Assembly: GCF_055900595.2 (NCBI RefSeq)
Contig: NZ_CM148325.1
DNA: 64,000 nucleotides
Reading direction: 5' to 3' (one strand)
Of this stretch, positions 53,660 to 63,180 are shown in pieces; the first letter of the stretch is position 1, and every line of letters begins with the position of its first letter. The position numbers and the translations under genes are program-made. The notes beneath the pieces were generated by a model. That model was not told the DNA's origin. It made no database searches and saw only the letters and a list, made by a program, of their open reading frames with translations.

Positions 53660-56600
53660 ACTCCTGCTTGTTCAAAATAATATTGATAGATTACCCCTAA
53701 TTGCTGTGGGGCTTGCTGATAGTGAAATTCAAAAAGCGCAGACAGTTGATGTATCAGGTTATTATCTTTTTGGGTTAACAGCGCTGCGACTAACATCAAA
53801 TTAAAACGTTTTTCAAGCCGTGAGTGATATTTATCTTCAATCCAAAGCTTATTAAAAACAGATTTTAACTCTGGAGTAATAGCACTAGACCAAAGTTCTT
53901 TAGGGAAGATACTGATACGCCCAAAGCTGTCGGGGTTCCTTAATAGCATCTGTTTAGCTTCATTAAACTGCTCACGACTAACAGTTGGCAATACATCACA
54001 ACCGGTTGGTAGGCTCTCACTATATGTAAGTAACATATTCGCAATGGGAGCCAGCCGACGATCGATATGTGCACGATGGTTCATAAAAGCAATAAAGGGT
54101 TGCAATATATGTAATGCTAATGTTTTATCGTTAATCTGTTTTTCCAGATAAGCCCAACATTTTTGGAAAACATCTTTCCAGATTGAAACGGGAATCCATC
54201 CCCATGAAAAGGGTAATTCTTCCTGTATATCATAAATCGTATCGCTATCACCAGAAAGACATGATGATATTAACAACTGAACAACCACGCGGTAATTACT
54301 CGAAATACCTCTGAACAAGTCCAGATCCAGCAAGGATAAGCCATTATTCATTTTGTATTTCTTAATATACTCTGTTAATAAACAGCAATAATTTTGCAAT
54401 GGGTTGTTATCTATTTCAAAAATTAGCTCATTAAATTTTTTTTTGCGCTGTTCTGGGTCTGCTTCGCATAGAGCATTTAGTAATAAATCATTTGTCTGCA
54501 ATACAGGTAGCATCCATTTAATTACTGGTGCAATGCGAGCTGTACCATCAAGTTTTCCCACAATTAACCATGGACTATCCTGAACATTCAGAGCTGAAAG
54601 ATCATAAGCAAATTCATCTTTTTTTAGCAATGATTTGTGTAAGCCAGGATCCTTAAGAGAAATAGCATCAACAACCAGTTCGTCTATTCTATTTGCAGGA
54701 AAAACAACAGAATTTTTTATATCAACCAGCAACCCTTGATCGTGTTCAATAAAACTACCATCGTAGCGTTTAATATTGAGTGTTGCTTTATCCTTTCCAA
54801 ATCTGTCAGAGTAAAAATCAACACATAATGTACTATTGCTGTTCCATGCACATGCCAGCATAGAATTTAGCAAATTATAGTTCTCATAAAGTGAAATTTG
54901 TTGTAATTTGTCATTGCGTCCTGATAAAAGAGGAAGGTCGGCATGTAAATAACGGAATTTTTCAGCTACTGGATTTTCATCCAATAACTCGATATTAAGA
55001 TATCCTCTTCCAGCACATGACATGGTTAATAACTCAGCATCTATTCCATGCAAATGTGCTATAGATGCCACACCATCAAAATGAACAGAACCATCATTAG
55101 TTACAAATCGGCCACCGCTAACCGGCTTAGGTAATAATAGTTTAAGATTAGAACCATCTTTCCAGGAGACCCGTAAATCAACGGTATTTTCCAGCATCTG
55201 CGATGAATTATAATAAATAGCACACTCGTTTTGTGAATAATCGGACTTAAGTGTTACTTTTTCATTGTTTGTATATTTGTCAATTCTAGTATCCGTTATA
55301 CCAGAAAGCATTATGATGCCTTGCTGAGCACTCTCAGGTATAATATTAATATCGAAGTCTGCTGGTAAAACTACAACTTTACCGCTAAATAAAACCTCAT
55401 CATTAACTATTCGTCTGACTTCTATCTGTCCTTTTGGCATTTCTGATGCGACAGAATACCAGGCATTGTTACCTGAACGAATGGAACGCCAAAAAAGTTC
55501 TTTCTCCGGTACAATGCCATATTGCAGATCCTTTTTCCAACCGATCTTCGGCCAGGCTCGATGGACAGGATAATCCGATTTAACCAGTTCAACTTCTGTC
55601 GATTTAATATAATATTCAATCGCAGAATCATAAAGTTGCTGGGTGCGAATTGTACAAACTGCACCATCATGTAAAACAACACTAAATACTCCACTTATTT
55701 TAGTTAAGCTGCGTTCACTGTTTTTCAGCAACCTTGGGATATCAAACTCACCTTCTCCACTAATATCTAAATGGCTATTTTTCGGTAGCGAAATAAACAG
55801 AGCATTTAGCCTGGAACTCACAGACCCCATACCGACAAGTTTTAGCTGCGATTCACTCTCATTCATCGCTTCAAAAACCCAGGGGAGTTCTTCAGTAAGT
55901 TCATAACCGCCTTTTGGAATTGTGTGGCCTAACAGAATTGGACCTTCATGAAGCGACAACGAGATTTCGGCCATTGCATCTGCACCAGAGAGCTTTTGCA
56001 TCGCAATAGGTAATAACTCGACCCGCCAATCTTGCTGCTCATAACGGCTTAGCATTGCCAACCTTGCCCCGCCATTTCTCCATTTTCCTGAAATGATGAG
56101 TCGGGTCTGCTCCGGCTGAATATTGCATTCAAACAAAGAGGTTAACTGTTCTGTACGCATTGTGGCCGGGAATCGGAACCGGGCATCACAATACCAACTG
56201 TCATCAACATCGACCCAGATTCTTTCAACCTGAAGACTACTTGCACTGCGTATTTCAGAAGATTGAGAAAGTAATCGCCTTACAATCTCTGCAGCATTCG
56301 CTTCGGGGAGAACGAGTGGAAGTTGAAGATGCCAGTCTGGAGAGAGCTTACGTAATGCAGAAACGGGATCACTGCTTTGAGGTGGATGCTCACTAAGTAA
56401 TCGGCAGAGAGTCTCGCAGAATTCACCGGCTATTTCATAGACCAGTTCGTTTTGCATTGTGACAGGAATCGTATCGCCTAATTTTTGTGCAATTTTAGCG
56501 GCAGGATATTGAGATGCTTGCCCACGAAGCGCCTGATATATCCTTCTGAAATAGGTAATCAAATAACCGCTCTCATTTTCAATCATGCGGATAGGTAAAC

Positions 56601-57009
56601 CACCTTCACAAGCCAGTGTATGCAGATAACCCGAAGCTTGCCCCAGGTTTCTTATCTTTCTTTTCCAGTAGCGAATGCCATCATTAACCAGCTTCTGTCG
56701 ATGAACATACGGAACTTTCCAGTCAATAGAATCTAAAATTGTGTCCCATTTAGGGTGTCCGACCGTATGAGTCCGGCGGATAAACTCTGCGGCATATATG
56801 CTAAATAGAACATCGCTATAGGAAATGAATATCGTTCTTGGATAACTACGGGGGGCATATGTACGCAGTAGTTCTGCCAAACTTTCGTACTCTGTATCAG
56901 TACAACGGTAAGCATATAACGCCCGTCCATCAGCTCCGGATAATGAACGGCGACTAAAAAACATGTTAAGCCATTGCAAAAGTGGGTTAACTGGAGTTTT
57001 CACAAGCAA
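53650..57009 (-). CDS. druH: Large (1119 aa) protein without recognisable catalytic motifs; Druantia type III DruH-like partner of DruE
   Basis: Long uninterrupted ORF, no P-loop or nuclease motif visible; translationally coupled to the DruE-like gene; size and pairing match what is described for DruH. Confidence 0.55.
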   Translation of the reverse strand: MLVKTPVNPLLQWLNMFFSRRSLSGADGRALYAYRCTDTEYESLAELLRTYAPRSYPRTIFISYSDVLFSIYAAEFIRRTHTVGHPKWDTILDSIDWKVPYVHRQKLVNDGIRYWKRKIRNLGQASGYLHTLACEGGLPIRMIENESGYLITYFRRIYQALRGQASQYPAAKIAQKLGDTIPVTMQNELVYEIAGEFCETLCRLLSEHPPQSSDPVSALRKLSPDWHLQLPLVLPEANAAEIVRRLLSQSSEIRSASSLQVERIWVDVDDSWYCDARFRFPATMRTEQLTSLFECNIQPEQTRLIISGKWRNGGARLAMLSRYEQQDWRVELLPIAMQKLSGADAMAEISLSLHEGPILLGHTIPKGGYELTEELPWVFEAMNESESQLKLVGMGSVSSRLNALFISLPKNSHLDISGEGEFDIPRLLKNSERSLTKISGVFSVVLHDGAVCTIRTQQLYDSAIEYYIKSTEVELVKSDYPVHRAWPKIGWKKDLQYGIVPEKELFWRSIRSGNNAWYSVASEMPKGQIEVRRIVNDEVLFSGKVVVLPADFDINIIPESAQQGIIMLSGITDTRIDKYTNNEKVTLKSDYSQNECAIYYNSSQMLENTVDLRVSWKDGSNLKLLLPKPVSGGRFVTNDGSVHFDGVASIAHLHGIDAELLTMSCAGRGYLNIELLDENPVAEKFRYLHADLPLLSGRNDKLQQISLYENYNLLNSMLACAWNSNSTLCVDFYSDRFGKDKATLNIKRYDGSFIEHDQGLLVDIKNSVVFPANRIDELVVDAISLKDPGLHKSLLKKDEFAYDLSALNVQDSPWLIVGKLDGTARIAPVIKWMLPVLQTNDLLLNALCEADPEQRKKKFNELIFEIDNNPLQNYCCLLTEYIKKYKMNNGLSLLDLDLFRGISSNYRVVVQLLISSCLSGDSDTIYDIQEELPFSWGWIPVSIWKDVFQKCWAYLEKQINDKTLALHILQPFIAFMNHRAHIDRRLAPIANMLLTYSESLPTGCDVLPTVSREQFNEAKQMLLRNPDSFGRISIFPKELWSSAITPELKSVFNKLWIEDKYHSRLEKRFNLMLVAALLTQKDNNLIHQLSALFEFHYQQAPQQLGVIYQYYFEQAGVCH

Positions 57010-57220
57010 CCTGCCTTCCTTTGATACAATTCGTAACAGGTTACTATCATCATAAAAAAGCTCAACCCGATGAACTCGCTAAAAATGAGACAAATCATTT
57101 ATATCTCGAAAAAACTTGTTACAATCATGAGCGCTACACCGAACTTAACCATATAAATTATGTGCGTTTTGTTTATTTTTTAAACAATTACAACTATCCA
57201 TTATTTACACAGGTATCAAA

Positions 57221-58873
57221 ATGTTAGCGCAGCTTTTTGAGCAGTTGTTTCAATCGATAGACTCTACACTGATCACCAATATTTTCATCTGGGCTGTTAT
57301 ATTCGTATTTTTATCAGCGTGGTGGTGTGACAAAAAAAATATACATAGTAAGTTTAGAGAATATGCTCCAACCTTAATGGGGGCATTAGGTATTCTGGGT
57401 ACTTTCATTGGTATTATTATTGGGTTACTCAATTTTAATACTGAAAGTATTGATACCAGCATCCCCGTATTATTAGGCGGCCTAAAAACAGCATTCATTA
57501 CAAGCATTGTAGGTATGTTTTTTGCCATTTTATTTAATGGAATGGATGCTTTCTTTTTTGCCAATAAACGAAGTGCGTTAGCAGAAAATAACCCTGAATC
57601 TGTTACACCTGAACATATCTATCATGAATTAAAAGAGCAGAACCAGACTCTGACTAAATTAGTCTCGGGTATTAACGGTGATAGTGAAGGTTCTCTTATT
57701 GCTCAAATAAAATTACTACGTACTGAGATTAGCGATTCCTCGCAGGCACAATTAGCTAATCACACTCATTTCAGTAATAAGCTTTGGGAACAACTTGAAC
57801 AATTTGCAGATCTAATGGCAAAAGGTGCTACAGAACAAATTATTGATGCTTTACGACAAGTCATTATTGATTTTAATGAAAATTTAACTGAACAGTTTGG
57901 TGAAAACTTTAAAGCACTTGATGCCTCTGTAAAAAAACTTGTTGAGTGGCAGGAAAATTATAAAACGCAAGTTGAGCTGATGTCAGAACAATATCAACAA
58001 AGTGTCGAGTCTCTGGTTGAAACAAAAACTGCGGTTGCCGGGATTTGGGAAGAATGTAAAGAAATTCCTCTGGCTATGTCTGAACTGCGTGAAGTGCTTC
58101 AGGTGAACCAACATCAAATCAGCGAACTCTCCCGCCATTTAGAAACCTTTGTCGCTATCCGCGATAAAGCTACAACCGTATTACCTGAAATACAGAACAA
58201 AATGGCTGAAGTGGGTGAACTGCTGAAATCCGGAGCTGCAAATGTTAGTGCATCTCTTGAGCAAACCAGCCAGCAAATACTTCTTAATGCAGATTCAATG
58301 CGCGTGGCCCTGGATGAAGGTACCGAAGGATTCAGACAATCGGTTACCCAAACACAACAAGCATTTGCCTCGATGGCACATGATGTCAGCAATTCCTCCG
58401 AAACTCTAACCAGCACGTTAGGTGAAACAATTACTGAAATGAAACAAAGTGGTGAAGAATTCCTGAAGTCACTAGAGTCGCACTCGAAAGAATTGCATAG
58501 AAATATGGAACAAAATACGACTAATGTAATTGATATGTTCAGTAAGACTGGTGAAAAGATTAACCATCAACTATCCAGTAATGCCGATAATATGTTTGAT
58601 TCAATCCAGACATCATTTGATAAGGCAAGTGCAGGGCTGACTTCTCAAGTCAGAGAATCAATTGAAAAATTTGCTCTATCCATCAACGAGCAGTTACATG
58701 CTTTTGAGCAAGCAACTGAACGTGAGATGAACCGTGAAATGCAATCATTAGGTAATGCTCTGCTTTCAATCAGCAAAGGTTTTGTCGGTAACTATGAAAA
58801 ACTTATTAAAGATTACCAAATAATTATGGGGCAGTTACAAGCATTAATTTCTGCTAATAAACATCGAGGGTAA
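57221..58873 (+). CDS. zorA: MotA/ExbB-like membrane protein with long C-terminal coiled-coil tail; Zorya ZorA-like
   Basis: N-terminal TM helices (LITNIFIWAVIFVFLSAWW, LMGALGILGTFIGIIIGLL, AFITSIVGMFFAILFNG) followed by ~400 aa of heptad-like Q/E/L-rich sequence. Confidence 0.75.
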   Translation: MLAQLFEQLFQSIDSTLITNIFIWAVIFVFLSAWWCDKKNIHSKFREYAPTLMGALGILGTFIGIIIGLLNFNTESIDTSIPVLLGGLKTAFITSIVGMFFAILFNGMDAFFFANKRSALAENNPESVTPEHIYHELKEQNQTLTKLVSGINGDSEGSLIAQIKLLRTEISDSSQAQLANHTHFSNKLWEQLEQFADLMAKGATEQIIDALRQVIIDFNENLTEQFGENFKALDASVKKLVEWQENYKTQVELMSEQYQQSVESLVETKTAVAGIWEECKEIPLAMSELREVLQVNQHQISELSRHLETFVAIRDKATTVLPEIQNKMAEVGELLKSGAANVSASLEQTSQQILLNADSMRVALDEGTEGFRQSVTQTQQAFASMAHDVSNSSETLTSTLGETITEMKQSGEEFLKSLESHSKELHRNMEQNTTNVIDMFSKTGEKINHQLSSNADNMFDSIQTSFDKASAGLTSQVRESIEKFALSINEQLHAFEQATEREMNREMQSLGNALLSISKGFVGNYEKLIKDYQIIMGQLQALISANKHRG

Positions 58874-58879
58874 TCGATC

Positions 58880-59587
58880 ATGGATAAGATTATAGGGAAA
58901 CAATTACCTAAAAAAGATCAAGATAATGAACACTGGGTATCCATGTCAGACCTAATGGCAGGGCTGATGATGGTTTTTATGTTCATATCTATTGCTTATA
59001 TGCACTACGTACGTATTGAAAAAGAAAAAATTAAAGAAGTTGCCGTAGCCTACGAGAATGCTCAGTTACAGCTTTATAATGCTCTGGATATTGAGTTTGC
59101 AAAGGATTTGCAAGACTGGGATGCAGAGATCGATAAGCAGACTCTGGAGGTTCGATTTAAATCACCGGATGTTTTATTTGGCTTAGGAAGCACAGAGCTT
59201 AAACCAAAGTTTAAACTCATTCTTGACGACTTCTTTCCTCGCTACCTAAAAGTTCTTGATAATTATCAAGAACATATTACTGAAGTCCGCATTGAAGGTC
59301 ACACAAGTACTGACTGGACTGGAACAACGAATCCTGATATTGCTTATTTTAATAATATGGCACTATCACAAGGTCGTACACGTGCAGTATTACAATACGT
59401 TTATGATATAAAAAATATCGCGACACACCAACAATGGGTTAAAAGTAAATTTGCCGCAGTAGGTTATTCATCTGCACATCCCATTCTTGATAAAACCGGC
59501 AAGGAGGATCCTAATCGCTCTCGTCGTGTCACCTTCAAAGTTGTAACAAATGCCGAGTTGCAGATTAGAAAGATTATTCAGGAGTAA
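58880..59587 (+). CDS. zorB: MotB-like protein with single TM helix and OmpA-type peptidoglycan-binding domain; Zorya ZorB-like
   Basis: TM segment MSDLMAGLMMVFMFISIAY, C-terminal OmpA-family motif (NMALSQGRTRAVLQYV); 6 bp after zorA stop. Confidence 0.75.
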   Translation: MDKIIGKQLPKKDQDNEHWVSMSDLMAGLMMVFMFISIAYMHYVRIEKEKIKEVAVAYENAQLQLYNALDIEFAKDLQDWDAEIDKQTLEVRFKSPDVLFGLGSTELKPKFKLILDDFFPRYLKVLDNYQEHITEVRIEGHTSTDWTGTTNPDIAYFNNMALSQGRTRAVLQYVYDIKNIATHQQWVKSKFAAVGYSSAHPILDKTGKEDPNRSRRVTFKVVTNAELQIRKIIQE

Positions 59588-59590
59588 GAG

Positions 59591-60694
59591 ATGAAATTAT
59601 CTATCGACATTTCAGAACTTATTCAATTAGGGAAGAAAATGTTACCAGAAGGAGTCGATTTTTTTCTGGATGAATCCCCTATTGACTTTGATCCTATAGA
59701 TATTGAGTTATCCACGGGTAAAGAAGTTAGTATCGAAGATCTTGACCCTGGTAGCGGGCTTATCTCTTATCATGGCCGCCAGGTTCTTTTATATATTAGG
59801 GACCATTCAGGGCGTTATGATGCGGCTATCATCGATGGCGAAAAAGGAAAACGTTTTCATATTGCCTGGTGCAGAACTCTTGATGAAATGCGCCATAAAA
59901 ATCGATTTGAAAGGTATCATGCAACTAACCGCATAGATGGTTTATTCGAAATTGATGATGGTTCAGGTCGGAGCCAGGATGTTGATTTACGGGTATGTAT
60001 GAATTGTCTGGAACGACTTAATTACAAAGGAAGTATTGATAAACAAAGGAAAAGAGAGATTTTTAAATCATTCTCATTAAATGAGTTTTTTTCAGATTAT
60101 AGTACCTGTTTTCGTCATATGCCTAAGGGTATCTATGACAAAACAAATAGTGGGTATGTCGAAAACTGGAAAGATATATCAAAATCAATACGAGAAAAGG
60201 CCAAGTATACTTGTAATGATTGTGGTGTGAATTTATCAACCGCCAAAAACTTGTGCCATGTCCATCATAAAAATGGCATCAAATATGATAATCACCATGA
60301 AAACCTTCTTGTTCTGTGTAAGGATTGCCATCGTAAACAGCCCCTCCATGAAGGTATATTCGTTACCCAAGCTGAGATGGCTATCATTCAACGTTTACGT
60401 TCCCAACAAGGGTTATTAAAAGCCGAATCCTGGAATGAAATATATGACCTGACTGATCCATCAGTACATGGTGATATTAATATGATGCAACATAAAGGCT
60501 TTCAACCTCCTGTTCCTGGGTTAGATCTTCAAAACTCAGAACATGAAATTATTGCAACCGTAGAAGCAGCATGGCCAGGCCTTAAAATTGCAGTTAACCT
60601 TACTCCCGCCGAAGTCGAAGGATGGAGAATATATACCGTGGGTGAGCTGGTTAAAGAAATACAAACAGGAGCCTTTACGTCAGCAACGTTGTAA
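59591..60694 (+). CDS. zorE: HNH endonuclease-domain protein; Zorya type II effector ZorE-like
   Basis: HNH motif CNDCGVNLSTAKNLCHVHHKNGIKYDNHHENLLVLCKDCH plus an upstream CMNCLERLNYKG Zn-ribbon; 3 bp after zorB stop. Confidence 0.75.
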   Translation: MKLSIDISELIQLGKKMLPEGVDFFLDESPIDFDPIDIELSTGKEVSIEDLDPGSGLISYHGRQVLLYIRDHSGRYDAAIIDGEKGKRFHIAWCRTLDEMRHKNRFERYHATNRIDGLFEIDDGSGRSQDVDLRVCMNCLERLNYKGSIDKQRKREIFKSFSLNEFFSDYSTCFRHMPKGIYDKTNSGYVENWKDISKSIREKAKYTCNDCGVNLSTAKNLCHVHHKNGIKYDNHHENLLVLCKDCHRKQPLHEGIFVTQAEMAIIQRLRSQQGLLKAESWNEIYDLTDPSVHGDINMMQHKGFQPPVPGLDLQNSEHEIIATVEAAWPGLKIAVNLTPAEVEGWRIYTVGELVKEIQTGAFTSATL

Positions 60695-60705
60695 ATTCCG
60701 AAACT

Positions 60706-60729
60706 CCGTGAAAGTTAAGACTTTCACGG
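60706..60729 (+). terminator. Hairpin after zorE (9-bp stem CCGTGAAAG/CTTTCACGG, 6-nt loop)
   Basis: Perfect inverted repeat 12 bp downstream of the zorE stop; the downstream tract is A/T-rich but not a clean T-run. Confidence 0.45.
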
Positions 60730-60803
60730 AAGATAAATAAAATTTTCCTGATTTGTGACTCAAATTATAAAAGTCGTTTATGGCATAACTTGTCTGTTTT
60801 TTT

Positions 60804-60822
60804 GGTGTAATAGGTATAAAGG
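60804..60822. promoter_or_regulatory. Second NanR operator-like element (GGTGTAATAGGTATAAAGG) upstream of the nanM-like remnant
   Basis: Near-copy of the GGTATA-repeat element at 25413-25433, here ~80 bp upstream of the nanM-like start. Confidence 0.5.
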
Positions 60823-60903
60823 CATATGCTATGGTTAGCCTTATATTTAAAACTTTCCTCATACGGGTGAAGGTTAAAGCTTGGTAGATAGGTTACAGTC
60901 ACA

Positions 60904-61513
60904 ATGAATAAAGCAATAACGGTGCTTGCTATAATGATGGCTTCATTTTCCGTAAATGCGTATGTATTACCGGAAACGCCTGTGCCATTTAAAAGTGGTA
61001 CCGGAGCAATTGATAACAACACTGTCTACATTGGTTTAGGTAGCGCAGGTACGGCATGGTACAAGCTGGAGAAACAGACCAAAGATAAAAAAATGGACAG
61101 CGTTAGCTGCATTTCCTGGTGGACCGAGAGATCAAGCAACTTCTGCATTTATTGATGGCAATCTGTATGTGTTTGACGGCATTGGCAAAAACAGTGAGGG
61201 CTTGACTCAGGTATTTAATGACGTTCACAAATACAACCTCAAAACCAATAGCTGGGTTAAATTGATGTCGCACGCGCCGATGGGCATGGCGGGTCATGTG
61301 ACATTTGTACACAACGGCAAGGCTTATGTTACTGGCGGTGTTAACCAGAATATCTTCAATGGCTATTTTGAAGATCTTAACGAAGCTGGAAAAGATTCAG
61401 CGTACCGGTCACCGGAGAACTGGACGACGGCACTGCGAAGCAGTCATTTCAGTCGGGGGATGATTGTAGACAAATTTGTTGACGCTATTTTGCGGTTTTG
61501 GCGTGAAGGGTGA
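60904..61513 (+). pseudogene. Degraded nanM paralogue fused to a nanS-like 3' tail (frameshifted nanM'-nanS' remnant)
   Basis: 60904-61399 aligns by eye to nanM 26588-27082 with substitutions and an extra A in a poly-A run (frameshift); at 61400 it switches to sequence matching the nanS 3' end (28614-28738), including a 12-bp deletion. Confidence 0.7.
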
Positions 61514-61520
61514 GCGTTCA

Positions 61521-62171
61521 TTAATTTGATTTATTCGCATCCATCAACGCTTTTAACTGCTCCGGCGAAAACGGTGGTTTGCGTCGGTGCAACATCGCAT
61601 GGCAATTAGGGCACACAGGAAGCAAATCATTAACTGGACCCAGCTGGTAATCCTCTTTAATGGCTGAAAGCGGGACCAGGTGATGCACATGGATAAAGCC
61701 TTCAGCGATATCACCATAGATCTTCACCAGATCAACGCCGCATACTTTGCACTGGCATCCATGATGTTCGACCGCTTTATCTCGGGCCTTTTTATCGCGT
61801 TCATAGCGGTTTACTGTCACTTTTATCGCCGCACCTTCAAGGTATGTCTCCTGCGACGGCAACTCATCCGGGAACAGAACGTCGGCTATGGGAGCCGCAG
61901 CGGCTTTATCCTGATGAATATGAAATCCCTGCTCTATGAGTAGTTTGACGCATTTAGATTTTATTCCGCCGGTGAAATCCGCAGGGGTAAATTGCGTCCC
62001 CGTCATCAATGTCGCTGCGATGCCAGCAATCGCCTTCGAGGGGTAACGTCGGCCATGATATTCAATCTCATACAACCGCGCAGGCTGGAACTGATGAGTT
62101 TCTCCCGCATCCCATAAATGGATAGCTTCGATGATATACCGCCGCGGAAGATGATCAGGGAGTTTATTCAT
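61521..62171 (-). CDS. HNH endonuclease-domain protein (216 aa) with N-terminal ~130-aa domain of unknown type
   Basis: C-terminal HNH/Zn-finger motif CQCKVCG...HVHHLVPLS...CPNCH; the last 40 bp of the gene are also present as a copy at 28744-28792. Confidence 0.65.
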   Translation of the reverse strand: MNKLPDHLPRRYIIEAIHLWDAGETHQFQPARLYEIEYHGRRYPSKAIAGIAATLMTGTQFTPADFTGGIKSKCVKLLIEQGFHIHQDKAAAAPIADVLFPDELPSQETYLEGAAIKVTVNRYERDKKARDKAVEHHGCQCKVCGVDLVKIYGDIAEGFIHVHHLVPLSAIKEDYQLGPVNDLLPVCPNCHAMLHRRKPPFSPEQLKALMDANKSN

Positions 62172-62250
62172 GGAGAATGTCCTTATACGTTCTCAGAACA
62201 GGCAGCAAAAAAACAAATGAGATCAAGGTAATATATCTTCACTTGCAGGC

Positions 62251-63180
62251 TTGAACAGCAGAAAATTTGCGAGCATGATCGCAATTATTTCACTGCCAGG
62301 GATATCAATGGCTTCCAGTAAATCGCTACAGCAGGCAATTGCCAATATAAAAATCTGGCACAAGGGTGAACAGCGCGCGCCGCATAAGCCATTGTTATTG
62401 CTATACGTATTAGCGGGATACCTGAATGGACATCCGCGCCTTTTCGATTATGGCTCGGAAATCTACGAACCTCTGCACAGTTTACTGGAACGTTTTGGGC
62501 CACAGCGTTCACAGTACCGACCTGATATGCCGTTCTGGCGATTACAAGGCGACGGATTCTGGCAATTACACAATGCCGAGCTTTGCTCAACAGCAGGGAG
62601 CAGCCGACAACCGCCAGTGAAGGAACTGAACGAATACCACGTTGCAGGCGGTTTCGATGAACAGCACTACGCCCTGGTAACCGGCAATAAAAAACTCATC
62701 AATACTCTGGCGCAACAGATACTCGAAGCGCACTTCACCGAGAGTATTCAGGAAGAAATTGCTGACGAGCTGGGTTTTGATCTCCAGCAAATCCGTAAAC
62801 AGCGCGACCCGTTATTTCGCAAAAATGTATTACGCGCTTATAAATACCAGTGCGCGATATGTGGCTTTAATATGCGCCACGATGACACCACCGTCGCGTT
62901 GGAAGCGGCGCATATAAAATGGAAACAGCACGGCGGTCCTTGTGAAATTCCTAATGGCCTGGCGCTTTGCGCAATTCACCATAAAGCCTTTGATAAAGGA
63001 TCGATTGGCCTGGATGAAAATATGCGGGTACTGGTCTCGGATGCGGTAAACGGCGGAGGGATCGTTGAGAAACTATTCTGGGATTTTGACGGGAAAACTA
63101 TTGCGTTGCCGCAGGTGCGTAAAAATTACCCTTATGAGGGGTTTGTGGAGTGGCATCGGAAAGAGGTTTTTAGGGGGTGA
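62251..63180 (+). CDS. HNH endonuclease-domain protein (309 aa) with ~200-aa N-terminal domain
   Basis: HNH motif CAICGFNMRHDDTTVALEAAHIKWKQHGG...NGLALCAIHHKAFD; divergent from the 216-aa HNH gene across an 80-bp intergenic region. Confidence 0.65.
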   Translation: MNSRKFASMIAIISLPGISMASSKSLQQAIANIKIWHKGEQRAPHKPLLLLYVLAGYLNGHPRLFDYGSEIYEPLHSLLERFGPQRSQYRPDMPFWRLQGDGFWQLHNAELCSTAGSSRQPPVKELNEYHVAGGFDEQHYALVTGNKKLINTLAQQILEAHFTESIQEEIADELGFDLQQIRKQRDPLFRKNVLRAYKYQCAICGFNMRHDDTTVALEAAHIKWKQHGGPCEIPNGLALCAIHHKAFDKGSIGLDENMRVLVSDAVNGGGIVEKLFWDFDGKTIALPQVRKNYPYEGFVEWHRKEVFRG

